32,000 bases of DNA from Chloroflexota bacterium. GTDB lineage: Bacteria; Chloroflexota; UBA6077; JAJPHF01. Numbering within the stretch: position 1 is the first letter of the stretch; each line of letters begins with the position of its first letter. Positions 27,186 through 32,000 of this stretch are shown here, one piece after another. Where the stretch lies: contig JADGHJ010000003.1 in NCBI GenBank assembly GCA_019686175.1, positions 1 to 32,000 of the forward strand. Direction: 5' to 3'. A model generated the notes under the pieces. That model was given only the letters and a program-made list of their open reading frames with translations, ran no database searches and had not been told where the DNA came from. A program made the position numbers and the translations under genes.

Positions 27186-28100
27186 TCAGTGCAGGACGAG
27201 CAGCCACACGCCGCCCACGGTGATCGCCGCGCCCAGCGCGAGGCGCCACCCAACCGGCTCCCTCAGCAGTAACGCGGCGAGCGGCACCCCGAATAGTGGT
27301 GCCGCGCTGCTGAGAGCAGACGCCCGCGCCGCCCCGGCATGGGCCACGCTCACCAGGAACAGCGAGAGCGACACCGCTGTGCCCACCCCCAGCCACAGCA
27401 CCCCGACCGCGAACGGCCGGCTGTCGCGCGCCACCCGCCGTACGGCCGGCATGTGGCGCGCCGCGTAGAGCTGGAGCACCACCGCCGCGCCGAGCATGCG
27501 CACGGTGGTAGCGATCCACAGATCGACGCCCTCCAGGGCCGGCCGCAGCAGGGTGGTGCCGATCGCCCAGCACAGACCAGCAGCGAGGGCCAGGGCGGCG
27601 CCCCAGCGGAGCTCCCGGCCCGTCAGCATCAGGCGCTTCCCGCTCACCGCGGCGGTGCTGGTGGGCACACGCACCTGTGCAGTCGCTACTAGCGACACGC
27701 CGAGCACGACCAGGACAATGCCGGCCAGCGCGCCCCAGGAGAGCTGCTCGCCCAGCAACGTAATGGCCAGCATGGTCGTGAACAGCGGATAGCTCATCGA
27801 GATCGGCTGCGCGCGGGCCACCCCTACCAGGCGGAGCGCGTGGAAGTACAGGCTGTCCCCCAGCCCGACTCCCACCACCACCGAGGCGAGCAGCAGGAGG
27901 GTGCCCCGCACCGGCAGGTCGTCGAGCGCGTCCACACGGCCCAGCGCTAGCAGGGCCGCGAACAGCAGCAGGGTCGCGATCGCGCAGCGCAGCGCGTTGA
28001 GCACCACGACATCTGCGCGCGGCGCCAGCCAGCGCAGCAGCGTGCTGTTGCAGGCCCACACCAGCGCACTCGCCAGTCCCGCGAGCTCACCGACCGGCAA
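27186..28100 (-). CDS. EamA/DMT family transporter
   Basis: 304 aa with about 10 TM segments and two EamA-like halves (GDSLYFHALRLVGVARAQPISMSYPLFT...; ...FLVSVAHAGAARASALSSAAPLFG). The start is a TTG and is uncertain. Confidence 0.8.
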   Translation of the reverse strand: MPVGELAGLASALVWACNSTLLRWLAPRADVVVLNALRCAIATLLLFAALLALGRVDALDDLPVRGTLLLLASVVVGVGLGDSLYFHALRLVGVARAQPISMSYPLFTTMLAITLLGEQLSWGALAGIVLVVLGVSLVATAQVRVPTSTAAVSGKRLMLTGRELRWGAALALAAGLCWAIGTTLLRPALEGVDLWIATTVRMLGAAVVLQLYAARHMPAVRRVARDSRPFAVGVLWLGVGTAVSLSLFLVSVAHAGAARASALSSAAPLFGVPLAALLLREPVGWRLALGAAITVGGVWLLVLH

Positions 28101-28227
28101 GGCGGCCCTCCCGCTCCCGGGGACCCGGTGGCCGTGGCGACCGAGGACCGTGATAGGCTAAGCTAGCCGCCGAGGGCCGCGCACGACGCGGCCGCCACTG
28201 GGTCCCCCACTCGGCCAGGGTCGCGTC

Positions 28228-29256
28228 ATGCCAGAGCATCCGGTCGCTCCTCCTGTCGTGCGTTTCGACCGCGAGGTCGTGTTGTTGCTGCGACCTGTAG
28301 CCCTGGTGGTTGCGGTAGTCGTCCTGGGCGTCGCCGGCTACATGGTTCTCGAGCGCTGGTCGCTCCTCGACGCCCTGTATATGGTAATCACCACACTGAC
28401 GACCGTGGGCTACGGCGAGATCCGGCCGCTGACGCCGTGGGGGCGTGCTTTTACCATGGTGATCATCGTGCTCGGGGTGGGCACCATGCTGTACACCCTG
28501 ACTACGCTCGTCCAGTACGCCGTGGAGGGCGGGCTCGAGCGGCGACTCGTGCGGGGGCGCATGCAGCAACAGATCGACCGACTCACGGAGCATGTCATTC
28601 TCTGCGGCTACGGCCGGGTCGGGCGGCAGGTGGCGCAGGAATTCCAGCGCGAGCGCGTGCCGTTCGTCGTGGTCGACAGCGATGAAGCTTCCATCGCCCG
28701 AGCCCAGGCCGACGGGTGCTTGGTCGTCCATGGCAACGCCGTCGAGGATGACGTGCTGCTCGCCGCGGGCATCCGGCGCGCACGCATCCTGGTAACGGCC
28801 GTCGATAGCGATGTGGATAACGTCTACGTGACGCTGTCGGCGCGCGGTCTGAACTCGCGCTTGTTCATCGTGGCGCGTGCTAGCCGCGAAGAGGCGGAGG
28901 CGAAGCTCCAGCGCGCGGGAGCCGACCGCGTGATCTCCCCATATCAGATCGGCGGGCGCCGCATGGCCCTGCTGGCCTTGCGACCGCTAGCGGTCGAGTT
29001 CGTGGACACGATCCTCCCCGGCCCGACCGAAGACATGTTGCTGGAGGAGTTCGAGGTGCGCCAGGGCTCCTCCCTGGCTGGGCAGCCGCTGGGCACGGTC
29101 CGCAACGGTACGGCAAGCGGCGCCATCATTCTGGCCGTCCGGCGCGGCTCGCAACTGATCCGCAACCCGTCGGCCGATCTCGTGCTGCAGGCGGGCGACG
29201 AGCTGGTGGCCATGGGCAGCAAGCAGGCCCTGCAAGCGCTGGAACGCGGCCTGTGA
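28228..29256 (+). CDS. Two-TM potassium channel with a cytoplasmic RCK (TrkA-N/TrkA-C) domain (MthK-like)
   Basis: Selectivity filter TTVGYGE, Rossmann-type RCK motif ILCGYGRVGRQVA, and a C-terminal TrkA-C segment (LEEFEVRQGSSLAGQPLGTV...ILAVRRGSQLIRNPSADLVLQAGDELVAMG). Confidence 0.9.
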   Translation: MPEHPVAPPVVRFDREVVLLLRPVALVVAVVVLGVAGYMVLERWSLLDALYMVITTLTTVGYGEIRPLTPWGRAFTMVIIVLGVGTMLYTLTTLVQYAVEGGLERRLVRGRMQQQIDRLTEHVILCGYGRVGRQVAQEFQRERVPFVVVDSDEASIARAQADGCLVVHGNAVEDDVLLAAGIRRARILVTAVDSDVDNVYVTLSARGLNSRLFIVARASREEAEAKLQRAGADRVISPYQIGGRRMALLALRPLAVEFVDTILPGPTEDMLLEEFEVRQGSSLAGQPLGTVRNGTASGAIILAVRRGSQLIRNPSADLVLQAGDELVAMGSKQALQALERGL

Positions 29257-29276
29257 ACGCGCGCTACCAGAAGCCG

Positions 29277-29792
29277 CTAGCGGCCTGGGGGCGGACAGGT
29301 GCCCCAGAGTCCGCGTCGCGCCTCGCGCGCCTCGCGCTCCAGCCGGCGCAGCTCCTCCGCATAGCGGACGTCGGGCGGGAAGGTGACCGCGCGGGCGTAG
29401 CCCTCGCGCACCAGCTCGGCGTTGACCATTGTCCCGTTCACGTACACGTACCGCAGTAGCCGTCCGTACGGGTCGGTCTCCGATACGTCTTTCTCCAACC
29501 ACACGCGCTGGCCATCCACGAGTTGGGCGTTGCGCGCGGCGGCCTCCCGACCGAAGCACTGCACCTCGCGCCGAGGGTCCACGCTCTCCGGGGCGTTGAC
29601 GCCGATGTAGCGGACGCGCTGCTGGCGCCCACCAATCGCCACGATGATCGTGTCGCCGTCGACCACGCGCACCACTCGGGCCTCGACCGCGCCGGCAGGC
29701 GGGGCCGCGGTCTCTGCGGCCGTGGGGAGCCGGCAGCCCAGCAGGAGCGTGGCCAGCACCGCCGCGAGCGCCAGTCGCCAGCGTCGTCCCAT
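29277..29792 (-). CDS. Thermonuclease (staphylococcal nuclease-like) lipoprotein
   Basis: Lipobox LLLGC after a basic N-terminus. SNase motifs VVDGDTIIV...RVRYIGVNAPE, GREAAARN and DPYGRLLRYVYV. The start lies 3 nt after the upstream gene's stop. Confidence 0.85.
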   Translation of the reverse strand: MGRRWRLALAAVLATLLLGCRLPTAAETAAPPAGAVEARVVRVVDGDTIIVAIGGRQQRVRYIGVNAPESVDPRREVQCFGREAAARNAQLVDGQRVWLEKDVSETDPYGRLLRYVYVNGTMVNAELVREGYARAVTFPPDVRYAEELRRLEREAREARRGLWGTCPPPGR

Positions 29793-29795
29793 GCG

Positions 29796-30314
29796 CTACA
29801 CAGTCGCCTCGGTGCGGAAGGTCCGGTCCCCGCGCTGGACGACCAAGGTGACTCGGTGGCCTGACTCGAGTGTGTTGAGCGCGGCCTCGAGGTCGGCAGC
29901 CGAGCGGATGGGCCGGATGTTGAACTCGGTGATGATGTCGCCAGCTTGCAAACCCATGCGTTCGCCGACGCTGCCCGGACGCACGCGGCCCACGTAGGCA
30001 CCGAACACGGGCACCTGGCCCTGCCGCATGGCGATCTTGCTCGCGTCCGCCACGCTCAGGCCGAGCGAGGGACGCTGCGCCCGAATCGCCGCCACCAGTC
30101 GCTCCAGCCCCGCGCGGTCGAAGCCGATCACCACCTGACCGTTGTAGGTAATGACGGGCACGGCTCGCTGACCCGTGCGGGCCACGACCTCCGCGGCCGC
30201 CGCGGGATCGGCCGCCACATCGCGCTCCTGGAACTGGACGCCTCGCTCGGCGAGGTACGCCTTCGCCAGCTGACAGTAGGGGCAGGTAGGCGTCGTGTAG
30301 ATGGTGACCTGCAT
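29796..30314 (-). CDS. Glutaredoxin (NrdH/Grx-like, CPYC)-PDZ domain fusion protein
   Basis: N-terminus MQVTIYTTPTCPYCQLAKAYLAERGVQFQERDV...VPVITYNGQVVIGF (Grx fold). C-terminus GAYVGRVRPGSVGERMGLQAGDIITEFN...VTLVVQRGDR (PDZ). No signal peptide is evident. Confidence 0.8.
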   Translation of the reverse strand: MQVTIYTTPTCPYCQLAKAYLAERGVQFQERDVAADPAAAAEVVARTGQRAVPVITYNGQVVIGFDRAGLERLVAAIRAQRPSLGLSVADASKIAMRQGQVPVFGAYVGRVRPGSVGERMGLQAGDIITEFNIRPIRSAADLEAALNTLESGHRVTLVVQRGDRTFRTEATV

Positions 30315-30413
30315 CGGTTCCCCCCGGGGAGAGGCTCCATCGAGATGGTACGCGACGCGAGCGGCAGCCTACCATGGCCAACCAGCGCTGATGCGCCCGC
30401 TTCCCAGCGGTCT

Positions 30414-30419
30414 TATACT
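30414..30419 (+). promoter_or_regulatory. Candidate -10 (TATACT) for the S41 peptidase gene
   Basis: An AT-rich hexamer about 90 nt upstream of ATG 30510, in the divergent intergenic region. Confidence 0.4.
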
Positions 30420-30509
30420 AGAGACCGATCGGCGCGGGGGCGCCGGCACGGGGCCCACCGCGATGGGGAGCCGCAGGGCACCCGGCGACTGCTTCGCGGA
30501 GACGATCCT

Positions 30510-31922
30510 ATGCCGAGCGATCTACGTGTCACGCGCCGCCGCCTCCTTGTGGTCATGCTCGCGCTGGCCCTGGCCGCCGTGGGCGTGGTGTGCCCGGGAA
30601 GCGCGCCGGCGCCCGCGCTGGCGGCCCAGCAACTCGGTGCCCAGGGCGCACCGGCTGAGGAGAGCCCAGAGGTCCAAATTCTCCGCCAGGCGTACGAACT
30701 CCTGCTGGAACGCTACGCGATGCCGCTGGACCCGGCCGCGCTGGTCGCGGGCGCCGAGAAAGGGATGACGCAGGCCCTGCACGAGGCTGGGGTCGAGCGG
30801 GTGCCGCGGGGGCTGACGGCGCCTGGTGGCGACGCGTTGCAGCAATGGCGGGTGCTGAGCCAGCGCTATCAGTCGTTGGCGGCGCGCTATGCCGATGTCC
30901 TGCCCGCGCGCGAGCTCGCCTACGCAGCGATCCAAGGCTTGGCCGACAGCGCCGACGACAGCCATACAAATTTCCTCACACCGGAGCAGTACCAGGAGCA
31001 CCTCCGCTGGTCGCGCGGCGATGTCAGCTACGCGGGGATCGGCGCGCGGATGCGCGGGCCCCTGCCGACGGTCGTCGAAGTGTACCCCGATACGCCCGCC
31101 GAGCAGGCCGGCTTGCGCCCGGGCGACGCCATCGTGGCCGTCGACGGGCGCCCCACGACCGATACGCGGATCGAGGAGATGGTCACGTGGGTCCGCGGCG
31201 AGGAGGGCACGCCCGTGCGGCTCACAGTCCAACGCGCGATCACGGGCCAGGAGGAAGAGCTGACGCTCGTGCGCGCGCGCGTGCACGTGCCGTTCGTGGA
31301 GTCGCGCCGGATCGACGACCTCGGCTACGTGCAGTTGCGCGGCTTCCCCGAGCCATCGGTGGTCGAGGGGGTCGAGGCGGCGATCGAGCGCCTCCAGCGC
31401 GAGGGCATCCGCGGCCTGATCCTCGACTTGCGCGGCAACTCGGGCGGGCGAATCGACGTGGGCACGCGGCTGCTCAGCCGCTTCGTGCCCGACGGGCCGA
31501 TCTACCAGGCGGTCGATCGCCGCGGGCGAGTAGAGATCGCTAGCGTGCGCGACGCGCGGCCCATCCTCACCGTGCCTTTGGTGGTCCTCATCGACGAGGG
31601 AACCGCATCGATGGGCGAGCTGTTCGCGGCGGCGGTGCAGGAGCACGGTGTCGGTCGCCTGATCGGCGTGACCACGGCTGGCAGCGTGGCCGCCAGCGTG
31701 GTGGTGGCGCTCGGCGACGGCTCCGCTCTCCAATTGAGCATCGAGCAAGTGTACTCGGGCGGGGGCGCCCTGCTCGACAAGGTCGGCGTCACGCCGGACG
31801 AGGTGGTCGAGCTGGACCTCATCGCGCTGCGGCTCGGGCACGACGCGCAGCTCAGCCGCGCCATCGACTACCTCCACGAGCGGGTCGCCAGCCGTGAGGC
31901 CATGCCCGCGGGCGCCCGCTGA
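30510..31922 (+). CDS. S41 family (C-terminal processing, Ctp-like) peptidase with a PDZ domain
   Basis: Signal/TM N-terminus (RRRLLVVMLALALAAVGVV), a PDZ domain (VVEVYPDTPAEQAGLRPGDAIVAVDG), LILDLRGNSGG, and IDEGTASMGE (nucleophile Ser motif). Trimmed from ORF 29946..31922. Confidence 0.9.
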   Translation: MPSDLRVTRRRLLVVMLALALAAVGVVCPGSAPAPALAAQQLGAQGAPAEESPEVQILRQAYELLLERYAMPLDPAALVAGAEKGMTQALHEAGVERVPRGLTAPGGDALQQWRVLSQRYQSLAARYADVLPARELAYAAIQGLADSADDSHTNFLTPEQYQEHLRWSRGDVSYAGIGARMRGPLPTVVEVYPDTPAEQAGLRPGDAIVAVDGRPTTDTRIEEMVTWVRGEEGTPVRLTVQRAITGQEEELTLVRARVHVPFVESRRIDDLGYVQLRGFPEPSVVEGVEAAIERLQREGIRGLILDLRGNSGGRIDVGTRLLSRFVPDGPIYQAVDRRGRVEIASVRDARPILTVPLVVLIDEGTASMGELFAAAVQEHGVGRLIGVTTAGSVAASVVVALGDGSALQLSIEQVYSGGGALLDKVGVTPDEVVELDLIALRLGHDAQLSRAIDYLHERVASREAMPAGAR

Positions 31923-31963
31923 GCCGGGTTCCTATGTGCGCCCGCTGCTGGGGAGGAACCGCT

Positions 31964-32000
31964 ATGGACGCCGCTGAAGTGTGTCGCCTCGCCGAAGAGG
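31964..32000 (+). CDS. Start of an unidentified CDS (partial, 12 codons in the window)
   Basis: ATG 31964 is preceded by GGGAGGAA at 31951-31958. Too short to identify. Confidence 0.3.
   Translation, partial: MDAAEVCRLAEE

Noticed and set aside
28155-28167. GGCTA-AGC-TAGCC inverted repeat between the EamA and K+ channel genes
   Set aside because: The arms are only 5 bp, which is easily chance in a 127-bp divergent region, and there is no supporting context.
28987-30381. A 464-aa minus-strand ORF across the K+ channel 3' end, the nuclease and the Grx-PDZ genes
   Set aside because: It is in an alternative frame or antisense to three genes that have clear domain motifs.

Overview
The window is very GC-rich, gene-dense bacterial chromosome with no rRNA, tRNA, CRISPR array or obvious mobile element.

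**Housekeeping core (about 1-22,000).** Gene order resembles Terrabacteria (Firmicutes/Chloroflexi-like). This is judged from synteny and protein motifs only, and no search was run.
- Minus strand: split chrA pair, guaB, SH3 protein.
- Plus strand: rpoD, rpsP-KH-rimM-recO-dnaX-ybaB-recR, rpsA.
- Plus strand, continued: clpC, radA, PIN/TRAM (yacL-like), ispD-ispF-cysE-cysS-rlmB.

**Accessory-looking region (about 22,000-32,000).**
- Minus strand: family-B DNA polymerase, Zn-alcohol dehydrogenase, short GrdB-family protein, peroxiredoxin, EamA transporter.
- Then an RCK-gated K+ channel, a glutaredoxin-PDZ fusion with a thermonuclease lipoprotein, and an S41 peptidase.

**Main hidden signal.** Two adjacent minus-strand genes are each split by an in-frame TGA in the ORF track.
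- In the peroxiredoxin, the TGA falls exactly at the peroxidatic Cys position ([13 protein letters not shown]).
- In the GrdB-family protein, the TGA falls at ...VVLTAG-TGA-PHIC..., the conserved Cys/Sec redox position recalled for that family.
- Each TGA is followed by a stem-loop with GG in the apical loop, so both are best read as selenocysteine genes forming a tandem selenoprotein locus.
- A perfect 9+9 bp palindrome sits on the predicted peroxiredoxin promoter.

**Caveats.** Many long ORFs in the track are alternative-frame or antisense artefacts of high GC and are rejected. All calls come from reading translations and motifs by eye.
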